This document shows, piece by piece, positions 50,844 through 60,432 of a stretch of DNA of 64,000 nt; positions within the stretch are counted from its first letter, which is position 1; each line of letters begins with the position of its first letter. A program made the position numbers and the translations under genes. A model generated the notes under the pieces. The model searched no databases and had not been told where the DNA came from. It saw nothing but the letters and a program-made list of their open reading frames with translations. Source of the stretch: Promethearchaeati archaeon (GTDB lineage: Archaea > Asgardarchaeota > Heimdallarchaeia > Heimdallarchaeales > Heimdallarchaeaceae); contig JABLTJ010000015.1 in NCBI GenBank assembly GCA_013166775.1, forward strand, positions 1-64,000, read 5' to 3'.

Positions 50844-52229
50844 ATGCCCCATCGGATTTATTTCGTAACAGAAGCAGAATTCACCGATCCCTTACAACAC
50901 TATGGTAACGTAGAGTTTGTATTAGACTTCGAAGATGCGGCGCAAGTTCTGAGACTTTGGAGAAACCCACATTTAGGCCGAAGCTCTAGAGAAGGAGCGG
51001 TTCTTTCAATAGCCTCAAAAAATGCTGTGTCAATAGAGAACATTATTCAAAAGATAATGAATACTTATCTAACTCCTGAAGAGGAAGAAAGATTAGTTAA
51101 CGAACTCAAACTTCTAAGATTCATAGGAGATCAAATATTACCTGATGTTCTAGAAAGGGTTAACAGAAATGAACTCCAAACCATTGAAGATATTTTGAAA
51201 TATATTCAAGATTTATTAAGAGATTTGAAATATGAAGGGACCGTTGATTTGCAGCAACTTGCAGAGAAACTTAACCAACTTAAAGACATAGTTGATATAG
51301 AAATAACTGATGCTTTCGGTAGAAAAAAACGTATATCTCGTGAAAGTGTTATGGATTTACTAGGAAAGATACTAGGTCGTTATTTAATCAAACAAGTATC
51401 TGTTGCTCCTATTGATGAAGTTCAAAGACGTCCAAGGGGAACAATACGCTTAAAAGAGACGTACAAAAGTGCTGTATTAAGCTCTCAAACTATCCCCCCA
51501 ACATCTGTTAAACAAGAGGATATTATCAGGGTTAAGAAAGATCGAAGATCGCATGTATATTTAATCGTAGATATGAGTCAATCAATGAGAAAAACTGTAT
51601 TTGAGGGCAGCATGTCCAGATTAGACGGAGCTCTATTGACTAGTTTAAGTTTGTACTATTATTTCAAAATGATTAACAGAAGAAAAAGAAAACGATTTGA
51701 CATGTTCAAACTTGCTGTCGTTCCTATAAGAAAAAATCCTTTTGTGATTGATGATGATCGAAAAATGGAGCAATTGTTATTAACTGCTGAAGCAAGGGGT
51801 AAAACATACATGATACAAGCGGTTCAAGCAGCAATTGAACACGCTAAGAAACAACATAAAGACAAAGATATTGATGTCCAATTTACAATAGTTACTGATG
51901 GAATGCCGAATGTACCTACTTTTCCATTCAATTATAGAACTAGTACTGAATTGAAAAAATATTTTGCAGAAATCCAAACAAAAACAAAACCGGAAACAAT
52001 AGAGTGCTTAACACAATTAAATGCTATGTTCAATAGTCTGAAGAAAGATCGTTCACGAAAATGGAATATATCTTATTTTCTTATGGGTCCTGAATCTTTG
52101 AGAAATAAAGAAATATATATTCACACTACACAAATGCTAAAAGGGATTACACGACCTATTTTGATTGATCCTGCTCAAATTAAGAAACTGGGAGAGCAAA
52201 TACTAAAGGAGAGTATCTTATATGCTTAA
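50844..52229 (+). CDS. vWA (MIDAS) domain protein
   Basis: LIVDMSQSM (DxSxS), GKT and IVTDGMPN. Confidence 0.88.
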   Translation: MPHRIYFVTEAEFTDPLQHYGNVEFVLDFEDAAQVLRLWRNPHLGRSSREGAVLSIASKNAVSIENIIQKIMNTYLTPEEEERLVNELKLLRFIGDQILPDVLERVNRNELQTIEDILKYIQDLLRDLKYEGTVDLQQLAEKLNQLKDIVDIEITDAFGRKKRISRESVMDLLGKILGRYLIKQVSVAPIDEVQRRPRGTIRLKETYKSAVLSSQTIPPTSVKQEDIIRVKKDRRSHVYLIVDMSQSMRKTVFEGSMSRLDGALLTSLSLYYYFKMINRRKRKRFDMFKLAVVPIRKNPFVIDDDRKMEQLLLTAEARGKTYMIQAVQAAIEHAKKQHKDKDIDVQFTIVTDGMPNVPTFPFNYRTSTELKKYFAEIQTKTKPETIECLTQLNAMFNSLKKDRSRKWNISYFLMGPESLRNKEIYIHTTQMLKGITRPILIDPAQIKKLGEQILKESILYA

Positions 52230-53796
52230 AACCGAACTTGGGGACATAGTAAAAACCTATCTAAAAGCTAGAGAGGATTTTGAGCATCTAATTGGAGGAT
52301 CTCCAGAAAATTACCGAATTCTACTTTTTATCAATCCGGAATTACATATATCTATTAACAGAGTAATGGAAATTACTGGAACACCACAAGCGATTCTTAC
52401 AGCAGAACAGATAACTAACCTAAAATCAGCTAGAATCAGTGATTTTCTTCCAATAGGAAAGGAAACAATATATAATTCTCTACCAACTCTAATTTACCTA
52501 TCTGTTCCATCCTATGATCTTAATGAAGAACAAGAACTAACTCTGCGCGTGATGTTAGTCCATGCTTTGGCGCACGCTTACATGAACGAAAAAACTGAAT
52601 CTAATTCTGCAAGAACTCTCGCACAATTATATCAAATTGATGTCATACTGAAGGAATTAATGACAAATAATGTTTTCAAATTAAATCAAAATTCAGCAAG
52701 CAAGCATGTTTGGGCTTGGCAATATTTTCAAGATTTGATAGGTGTTATTCGCTTATTTACTGAATGTGGTGTAGAAGATTTTTACACTCCTCCTGAAAAT
52801 GCAAGGAAATATACACTCTTCAATAATTTCTCCATTGAAGCGATAAATCTCCTTTCTGAACGAGCTAAATTATCTAGAAGAAAGCACCTTCATGAACTCA
52901 TTGATGAAGGTTTTGCTCATTATGTTCAAATGAAGGAGTTGGAATATTTACTTGATAAAGGGGAATATAAACTTGTTAAAAATGAAGAAGGAAAACAAAT
53001 AAAATACCCAAATGATTTGAAAGCATTTCTCGCTCCACCTATAGGAGAAATCAGTGTTGCTATGATTGACAGATTGACAACAAAAATCGATGATGAAAAA
53101 GAAATGTTTGAAAAGTTATTTTCTTATAAATCTGATTTAGAGTTTTTACAAGAATTTACTTGGGATGAAGTAAAGGATTTGCTTGCAGTTAACAAAAATC
53201 TTCACTCAGAACATGTAGTTGAAAGCTGGCATTCTTCTAAGAGCAGATGGACCGATATTTGGTCAGTTTATGCTTATGGTTGGAGAATGATTGAAGAGTA
53301 TACTAGAAAAATATACAGAAAGAAATATACCAATTTTGGTCAACTCTTAGATGATAATCCTGCAATAACGAGTAAGGGATATGTAAGAGTAGATGAAAAA
53401 AAAGTGTATGTGTTTGAGGTAAATGATTATGGAGTTGGAATTGATCAATTATTGATACTTCATAATCATATGTCACTGTATAGAGACGATTTTCGCACAA
53501 TTTTACCTGCTTTTGCGGATATAATTGTTTTTAAGAAAATCGGAGGAATACATGTTGCAACCTTATTTGCAGTTCATAAAACTAAACATCAACCTCTATC
53601 ACCATACAATATACCTGTTATAACAAGAGCAGTTCAAGTTACAAAACGAAAAGACGCATATAAATTTGATTTAGACGAGGAAGAAGAGGATAAAATCGAT
53701 GTGAGTAGAGTAGACTACAATTATTTAAGAAAACTCACACAACCACAAAGAGGTGCTATTAGTTATCTTATCAAAGAGGGGATGTTCGAATTATGA
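52222..53796 (+). CDS. Gluzincin-like protein lacking the catalytic Glu
   Basis: MLVHALAHAYM (HExxH with E to A) and downstream DEGFAHYV third-ligand motif. Overlaps both neighbouring genes. Confidence 0.65.
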   Translation: MLKTELGDIVKTYLKAREDFEHLIGGSPENYRILLFINPELHISINRVMEITGTPQAILTAEQITNLKSARISDFLPIGKETIYNSLPTLIYLSVPSYDLNEEQELTLRVMLVHALAHAYMNEKTESNSARTLAQLYQIDVILKELMTNNVFKLNQNSASKHVWAWQYFQDLIGVIRLFTECGVEDFYTPPENARKYTLFNNFSIEAINLLSERAKLSRRKHLHELIDEGFAHYVQMKELEYLLDKGEYKLVKNEEGKQIKYPNDLKAFLAPPIGEISVAMIDRLTTKIDDEKEMFEKLFSYKSDLEFLQEFTWDEVKDLLAVNKNLHSEHVVESWHSSKSRWTDIWSVYAYGWRMIEEYTRKIYRKKYTNFGQLLDDNPAITSKGYVRVDEKKVYVFEVNDYGVGIDQLLILHNHMSLYRDDFRTILPAFADIIVFKKIGGIHVATLFAVHKTKHQPLSPYNIPVITRAVQVTKRKDAYKFDLDEEEEDKIDVSRVDYNYLRKLTQPQRGAISYLIKEGMFEL

Positions 53797-54560
53797 TGGA
53801 TTTCTTTAGAGGTTTATCAATCAATAAAAAAATAAAAAGCAACGAACCTTTAGATCGTGCCTATTACGCTTTATTTTTACAGAAAAAAGGAAAAGCTAAA
53901 TCTATTAAAAAGCTTCTACCTCTTCTTGAGGACTCAGATTGGAACGTGAGAAATGCAGCAGTATCAACGGTTGTTTATCTAGTAGAAAAGTTACCTGAAA
54001 TAAAGGAAAACGTTCTAAATCATCTTCACAAACTTGTTGATGAGAGCACCTTGGCTGTTAGACTCTCAATATTGGAAGCCATTGGTCAGTTGAAAGATTA
54101 TGCATCAAAGCCTTATCTTATTAAGATTTTAGAAGAAAGTGATTATGATTTACAGTATGCCGCTATAAGAGCCATTGGATATCTGGATGATGTTGATGTA
54201 CTATTCCCATTAGAAAACGTCGTTTATGCACTTGATTATATCACTAGAAGAGCAGCAATTCTATCTGTTGTAAGAATTTCAGAGTCTGCAAACGAAGAAA
54301 CAAGGATAGAGAAATTAACACCCCATATCCATATAATAATAGAATCTTATCTTGAGATAGAAAAACTAGGAAACTTGATTTGCGGTATAATGGATTTTGG
54401 TGATTCAGATCAGTTTCCTGTAATGAAAGGTTATGCTGAATCAGCTATAGTCAAACTTGAAGGGCTTATAGAGCAAAAGGATTATAGTGTAGAATTATAT
54501 CAAAATTTTGCTAAACTAATCTTTCCAATATACTTCCCAATAGATGAAAACTTAATTTAG
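53793..54560 (+). CDS. HEAT/PBS-lyase repeat protein
   Basis: LEDSDWNVRNAAV, VRLSILEAIGQL, LQYAAIRAIGYL and TRRAAILSV. Confidence 0.88.
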   Translation: MMDFFRGLSINKKIKSNEPLDRAYYALFLQKKGKAKSIKKLLPLLEDSDWNVRNAAVSTVVYLVEKLPEIKENVLNHLHKLVDESTLAVRLSILEAIGQLKDYASKPYLIKILEESDYDLQYAAIRAIGYLDDVDVLFPLENVVYALDYITRRAAILSVVRISESANEETRIEKLTPHIHIIIESYLEIEKLGNLICGIMDFGDSDQFPVMKGYAESAIVKLEGLIEQKDYSVELYQNFAKLIFPIYFPIDENLI

Positions 54561-54561
54561 G

Positions 54562-54822
54562 TTACGCTGCGAAAATTTCTCTGCAATGCTCAATAAAGTT
54601 TTTCTTGATACTTTTGAGATTAGTTTCTTGTCTCCATTTTTCTCTAATATATTTTTGGACTTTGTTTGTGCAATAATGGAAACAGGTAGTTAGCAAGGCA
54701 TAACCTCTCATTCTTTCCTCTCTTTCACTAGATTCGATTAACAAAAGAGCTCTTTTTCGATAGGGAAGGATATCATTATATCTAATTGGGTGAACGTGAC
54801 CTTTATTGGTTGTTAATATCAT
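54562..54822 (-). CDS. Hypothetical small helical protein
   Basis: 86-aa ORF filling the intergenic space, with a TATA-like element upstream. Confidence 0.6.
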   Translation of the reverse strand: MILTTNKGHVHPIRYNDILPYRKRALLLIESSEREERMRGYALLTTCFHYCTNKVQKYIREKWRQETNLKSIKKNFIEHCREIFAA

Positions 54823-54892
54823 ATCTCAAATAAGAATAAAGGAAATGAGTATTTAAACTGCAAAAAACCTTTGACAACCCAAAAAAATTGTT

Positions 54893-55096
54893 CTATCGTG
54901 CTCTTTTGATTTTCTCGTCAACTTCGTAAATAGCACAGATCCTCCTCATTCCCTCTTCCTCATGAGGTAAAACTTGCATTGATGTAATCTTACCTTTTGG
55001 TACTTTGATTTTCTTGTAAATTGAATGTAGATATTCCTTAATGTCTTGTGATTTTAGTTCCTCATCAGGTACGTCGAAATAATTTAAGTACTTCAT
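54893..55096 (-). CDS. Small hypothetical protein, tandem paralog 1
   Basis: Shares NYFDxP..EL, PKGKI and LPHEExG..RxC..Y with 55232..55441. Confidence 0.8.
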   Translation of the reverse strand: MKYLNYFDVPDEELKSQDIKEYLHSIYKKIKVPKGKITSMQVLPHEEEGMRRICAIYEVDEKIKRAR

Positions 55097-55231
55097 ATTC
55101 AACCAAACTTATTTCTTTAACATTTTTAAGAATATGTCCTACAACAAGTAAAAAGTTTGTTTTGAAAAACTTTGCGGAGAAAAGATCAATTACTAAGTTT
55201 TGAACTTTCAGATGCTTATTTTCAAAAAAAA

Positions 55232-55441
55232 CTACTTTCCAGCTCTGATTTTTGGCGTTTTTGTAATTTTATAATAAACGCATACTCTCTTTATCCCTTT
55301 TTCTTCATGAGGTAAAATGTACCAAGCTTGAATCTTTCCCTTCGGTGCGCTGATTCTCCTATATAATTCTTCTAAGTAACTTAACATACTCTTGTCTTCC
55401 AACTCCTCAATTGGTATGTCAAAATAATTAGAGAATTGCAT
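55232..55441 (-). CDS. Small hypothetical protein, tandem paralog 2
   Basis: Same motifs as 54893..55096. Confidence 0.8.
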   Translation of the reverse strand: MQFSNYFDIPIEELEDKSMLSYLEELYRRISAPKGKIQAWYILPHEEKGIKRVCVYYKITKTPKIRAGK

Positions 55442-55592
55442 GTATGTGAATTGTGGATAATACTAATTCAATAATTGTAATATACGGCTATTACACGATA
55501 TTTATACTATCTCTTTTTTCCTTCTTTTTAATACGAAATCTTTCTAACAGATAAATATATTTTTTTATTAACAAACATAAAGTGGAATAATA

Positions 55593-57560
55593 ATGCCGTT
55601 AAATCTAGAAACACCTTTAAAACCCAGAGGAGACCAACCAAAAGCTATAAAACAATTGGTAGAAGGTATTCAAAAAGGATATCGACATCAAACACTTCTA
55701 GGAGTAACAGGTTCGGGAAAAACTTACACAATGGCTTCAGTCATTGATAAGATTAAGAAACCTACTTTGATTATTGGTCCCAATAAAACTCTTGTTGCAC
55801 AACTATTTGGTGAATTCAAGACACTTTTCCCATCAGCCAGTGTGAACTATTATGTTAGTTTTTATGATTATTACCAACCTGAAGCATACCTTCCTTCAAA
55901 AGATTTGTACATTGAGAAAGATGTAGATATAAACCGCGAAATAGAGCGTCTAAGGCATACAGCCCTAGAAGCTTTATCTACACGTGATGATGTAATAGTA
56001 TGTGCTACTGTCTCTTGTATTTATGGTACTGGACCTCCTGAAGTTTATCGTTCCCGAAGAATAGTTCTCAACATTGGAGATAACCTTGATAGACAAGATT
56101 TGATGTTGGAATTGGTAAAGAATCAATACTTGAGAAATGATGTAAATCTAGAACGCAAAAGCTTTCGTGTGAGAGGAGATTCGATAGATATTTTTCCCTT
56201 GTATGGCGACTACATTTATCGTATCGAATTCTTTGGGGATGAAATTGAACGTTTAACTGCTAGACATCCTGTATCAGGGGAGAAAATAAAGGAATACGAT
56301 CATTTATCTATTTTTCCTGGTACGCAGTATCTCGCCAATGATGCATTCTTTGAATCAGCACTCGAAGATATCAAATTAGAGCTAGATATGCGTTTAGCTG
56401 AGTTTGAAAAGGAAGAAAAAATAGTTGAAAGACATAGATTACGGCAAAAAACACTATATGATTTAGAACTTCTGAGAGAAACTGGTGGATGTTCAGGAAT
56501 AGAAAACTATTCTCGTCACTTTGATAGAAGAAAACCAGGAGAAAAACCATTTTCTTTACTTGATCATTTTCCTGAAGATTTCTTACTTATTATAGATGAA
56601 TCTCACCTAACGATTCCTCAACTTCGTGGAATGTATGCAGGAGACTATTCAAGAAAGAAAAACTTAATCGATCATGGTTTTAGACTACCATCAGCTTTTG
56701 ATAACCGTCCTTTCAGGTTTGAAGAAACAGAGAAATACATGAAATCTGTAATGTTTACCAGCGCTACTCCAAGACAATATGAGCACGATATTTCTGATCA
56801 AGTTGTAGAGCAAATCATCCGTCCAACAGGACTAGTTGACCCTAAGATTGAAGTGAGGGGAACAGATGGACAGATTACTGAACTAGTAAGTGAAATTAAC
56901 CAACGAGTTAGTAAAGGGGAAAGAGTATTAGTAACCACCATAACAAAACAGAGTGCTGAAATGCTTTCTGATTATCTTCTTGATATGAACATTAAATCCG
57001 TATATCTGCATCATGAGGTAGACACATTAGATAGAATTGAAATTTTAAGAGATTTAAGATTGGGTAAATATGATGTTGTAGTAGGAATTAATCTTCTGAG
57101 AGAAGGTTTGGATCTTCCAGAAGTAGCTCTTGTAGCTATACTTGATGCTGACAAAGAAGGTTTTCTAAGATCTAAGAGTTCTCTAATCCAACTTATGGGA
57201 CGAGCAAGTAGAAATGTTCACGGTAGTGTGATACTCTATGCAGATAACTTGACGGATTCTATGAAAGGGGCTATAACTGAAAATAATAGAAGAAGGCAAA
57301 TTCAGAGGGAATATAATGAGAAACATGGAATCCAACCTACTACAATACGCAAAGAAGTTAGATCGATTGTTGAAACATTGATGCAAGTAACTCCCAAAGA
57401 AGAAGAGAAAATAGAAGTCCCTGAAGACTTAACAACTGAAGACATCTTCTATGTGATAGAAGATCTAAAAGAAAAGATGGCAGAAGCAGCTGGAACATTG
57501 GATTTTGAAAAAGCAGCTCTTTATCGTGATAAAATCAAAGAACTCGAGAAATTGGTGTAA
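55593..57560 (+). CDS. uvrB: Excinuclease ABC subunit B
   Basis: GVTGSGKT, YDYYQPEAY, DESH, GRASRN and C-terminal UVR motif. Confidence 0.98.
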   Translation: MPLNLETPLKPRGDQPKAIKQLVEGIQKGYRHQTLLGVTGSGKTYTMASVIDKIKKPTLIIGPNKTLVAQLFGEFKTLFPSASVNYYVSFYDYYQPEAYLPSKDLYIEKDVDINREIERLRHTALEALSTRDDVIVCATVSCIYGTGPPEVYRSRRIVLNIGDNLDRQDLMLELVKNQYLRNDVNLERKSFRVRGDSIDIFPLYGDYIYRIEFFGDEIERLTARHPVSGEKIKEYDHLSIFPGTQYLANDAFFESALEDIKLELDMRLAEFEKEEKIVERHRLRQKTLYDLELLRETGGCSGIENYSRHFDRRKPGEKPFSLLDHFPEDFLLIIDESHLTIPQLRGMYAGDYSRKKNLIDHGFRLPSAFDNRPFRFEETEKYMKSVMFTSATPRQYEHDISDQVVEQIIRPTGLVDPKIEVRGTDGQITELVSEINQRVSKGERVLVTTITKQSAEMLSDYLLDMNIKSVYLHHEVDTLDRIEILRDLRLGKYDVVVGINLLREGLDLPEVALVAILDADKEGFLRSKSSLIQLMGRASRNVHGSVILYADNLTDSMKGAITENNRRRQIQREYNEKHGIQPTTIRKEVRSIVETLMQVTPKEEEKIEVPEDLTTEDIFYVIEDLKEKMAEAAGTLDFEKAALYRDKIKELEKLV

Positions 57561-57565
57561 ACTGT

Positions 57566-59368
57566 ATGAGCCTTTTCACTGACCTTGAAGAAATTCCAAA
57601 TGAAACAGGAGTTTACCTCATCAAGGACAAAGACGAAAAAATAATCTATGTTGGAAAAGCTAAAAATCTGAGAAACAGAGTAAAACAACATTTTCAGACA
57701 ACAGAATATCAAAAAGAGGCGAAACTTCAAGAATTAGCTCATAGAGTGGATTGGATTATAACAAGAAATGAACCAGAAGCACTTATTCTGGAAAAGAAAC
57801 TAGTGCGACAATTAATGCCTAAATTGAATAGTATGTTAAAGGATGATAAGTCTCATTTATTAATCAGAATCACTTTGGAAGAAGAATATCCACAACTTCT
57901 CATAGTAAGGGAAACAGATCCCAGAAACAAGAAGAGTGTCTATTTTGGACCCTTCCCAAACAACACAATGTTAAGGCAAACTGCAAAGCTTGTCTTGAGA
58001 CTTTTCCCAATATGTAATTGTGGGAAGAATATTGAAAGAGTTGCTAAGAAGGGATCTTCGGTCAGATGTATGCGTGAAAGATTGGGAAGATGTTTATCTC
58101 CTTATAAAAACAATATTACAACAAGTGAATATAATAAAACTGTGAGAAAAGTTGTTTCTTTTCTAAAAGGAGATGTAGCTGATTTACTTGATAGTTTAGA
58201 GGTAGAGATGTGGGAAGCTTCTGAGCAGTCAAATTTCGAAATAGCAGGAAATCTTCGTGATCTTACACAAGCTGTTCGTACAATCCTTAATGTTCAGGAA
58301 GATATTCATTCCGTTCGGAAGAATGTTGATGTTATTACTTATGTAGAAGAAGAGGGAAATATAGCTTTCACCAAGCTAGAAGTGAGAAATCATCGCGTTC
58401 AAAATATAGGTAACTTTCTCTATCTAAAAGAAGAAGCTAAACTTTCAACATTGGGAGAAGTTCTGGCATTTATCTACGGAACTGAAACTACTAAGTATGG
58501 CCTTCTTTTAGTTGAAAATTTCAAGACCCGATTTCAAGTTAATCTGAAAATAACGATTTATACTCCCAGATACAAAACTGATCATGAACTCGTGAAAATA
58601 GCAGAGAGAAATGCAAGGAATGAGATGTTTCGTTATATGAGAGAACTTCAATACCTGCATGATTCTGCTTCTATTCTGGAGGAAATGCAAGAAATACTCC
58701 AACTACAAAATGTTCCTAAAATAATCCATGGTTATGACATTTCAACACTAAAAGGTCAGCATTCTGTTGGATCATGTGTTGTTTTTGAGGATGGAAATCC
58801 AAACAAAAAATTGTATAGACGATTCAGGATTCGGAAGGAATACACTGATCCTGATGATTATGCAATGATGCGAGAAGTGATGACAAGAAGATATACCTCT
58901 GATGTTCTGAAATCAGATCCTTCACCTGATCTTATAATAGTTGATGGAGGAAAGGGACAACTAAATATAGCATTAGAGGTGTTGAAGAAACTAAATCTAG
59001 ACATTCCTGCAATTAGCATCGCAAAGAAGAATGAAGAAATTTTTGTTGAATGGTTAGATACACCTATAATATTTGAACAGAGTTCTCTTATTTTGCGTTT
59101 AATCCAATATATAAGAGATGAGGCTCATAGATTTGCAATAAGCTATCATAAAACGCTTAGAAGGAAAACAGTAAGAGACACTATTTTCGAAACGATTAAG
59201 GGAATCGGAAAAGCTAAGGTTCAGATTCTTTTGCATGAATGCAAGACAATTGAAGATATTGCAGCAGCAAAAGTAGAGGACATACAAAAGCTACTTTCTG
59301 TAAACGAAGAAATTGCAACAAAAGTAGTGGAAGTTGCTAAAAAAAATAGAAACAAATCTCATTTATAA
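57566..59368 (+). CDS. uvrC: Excinuclease ABC subunit C
   Basis: GIY-YIG (GVYL...YVGKAKNLRNR), YDIS, VDGGKGQ, RDEAHRFA and HhH. Confidence 0.97.
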   Translation: MSLFTDLEEIPNETGVYLIKDKDEKIIYVGKAKNLRNRVKQHFQTTEYQKEAKLQELAHRVDWIITRNEPEALILEKKLVRQLMPKLNSMLKDDKSHLLIRITLEEEYPQLLIVRETDPRNKKSVYFGPFPNNTMLRQTAKLVLRLFPICNCGKNIERVAKKGSSVRCMRERLGRCLSPYKNNITTSEYNKTVRKVVSFLKGDVADLLDSLEVEMWEASEQSNFEIAGNLRDLTQAVRTILNVQEDIHSVRKNVDVITYVEEEGNIAFTKLEVRNHRVQNIGNFLYLKEEAKLSTLGEVLAFIYGTETTKYGLLLVENFKTRFQVNLKITIYTPRYKTDHELVKIAERNARNEMFRYMRELQYLHDSASILEEMQEILQLQNVPKIIHGYDISTLKGQHSVGSCVVFEDGNPNKKLYRRFRIRKEYTDPDDYAMMREVMTRRYTSDVLKSDPSPDLIIVDGGKGQLNIALEVLKKLNLDIPAISIAKKNEEIFVEWLDTPIIFEQSSLILRLIQYIRDEAHRFAISYHKTLRRKTVRDTIFETIKGIGKAKVQILLHECKTIEDIAAAKVEDIQKLLSVNEEIATKVVEVAKKNRNKSHL

Positions 59369-59481
59369 AAAAAAGTATTTGAGAGCCAGACGTTTGTTTT
59401 TGTTAGAAATTTCACGTAATAAGGAATAGTATATAAATGAAAATTAGCAAGTATTTATTAAAAGAATCAAATGGTGATTAA

Positions 59482-60366
59482 ATGAAAAGAGGTTTAATAA
59501 TTTCTTATGGGGTTCTACTACTTGTTTTTTCATTGGTCATTACAACTCCTACCAAAGCAGCTACTGATTGGGGTGTAGAAACTGATGAACGTTACAAGTT
59601 TGAATTAAAGAATATGAGTTTATATGGACAAGACTATTCGTTGCTTTTCAAGGAAAATACAACGATGGAAATTGAATTTACTGAATTGCTAGATAATGGT
59701 TATAATTATGATGTGTATGATAAAGATGGTCTTTCACAAAGCAATCAGACATTATTTGAAGACGTACTGGTGGACACAACAAATTATGTCTTACCAATTG
59801 GGCTTCCAATTGCACTTCCACTCACAATAGGGAGTATTTCTGATTATCTTCAATATTATGGGGATTTTGTAAATGCTACTGAAAGCCTTATCTTAATCGA
59901 TGAGCTTTTAACAAATATAAGCGATTATACTACAAATTTCAATATGAAAGTAAATACAACTTTGGATGCAGATTACCTAAGATTATATAGTTACTCTCAT
60001 GCTGATGAAATTAATGCGACTATTCTTTCTGGATTATTAACTGGTGTAGATTTGGGTGATATAGGTAGTGTGTTTGTCATACCTACAAATATTACTGATT
60101 TCGACATGACCATTACTTTAACCTTTAATGCGACTTCAGGTTTGTTCAAAATTCTAAATCTACAAATTAGATCCATTTCTTGGCAAGAAGGATTTTCAGA
60201 TAACTTTAATATTGATATAAAATATGCTCTTTATGTGCCTCCTCCGCCCCCGCCAACTACTCCAACACCTACAGAAGAAAGTGCTTTTCCGTGGGGAATC
60301 TCAACCATGATTTCATTAGCAATTTTAGGTGGAGTTTTCTTCTTAAGGAGAAAACGAAACCAGTAA
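59482..60366 (+). CDS. Cell-surface protein with Pro/Thr linker and C-terminal sorting-type TM anchor
   Basis: Signal peptide, several NxT/S sequons, PPPPPPTTPTPTEESAFPW, TM segment and RRKR. Confidence 0.85.
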   Translation: MKRGLIISYGVLLLVFSLVITTPTKAATDWGVETDERYKFELKNMSLYGQDYSLLFKENTTMEIEFTELLDNGYNYDVYDKDGLSQSNQTLFEDVLVDTTNYVLPIGLPIALPLTIGSISDYLQYYGDFVNATESLILIDELLTNISDYTTNFNMKVNTTLDADYLRLYSYSHADEINATILSGLLTGVDLGDIGSVFVIPTNITDFDMTITLTFNATSGLFKILNLQIRSISWQEGFSDNFNIDIKYALYVPPPPPPTTPTPTEESAFPWGISTMISLAILGGVFFLRRKRNQ

Positions 60367-60432
60367 TCCTTTTTTTTATTCTTTTAGCACAAATATTTTT
60401 TAAGTCCCAAAAGAACTCATAAATGAACATAT

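Noticed and set aside
55593-59368. uvrB and uvrC without uvrA
   Set aside because: uvrA is often unlinked, and its absence cannot be judged from one window.
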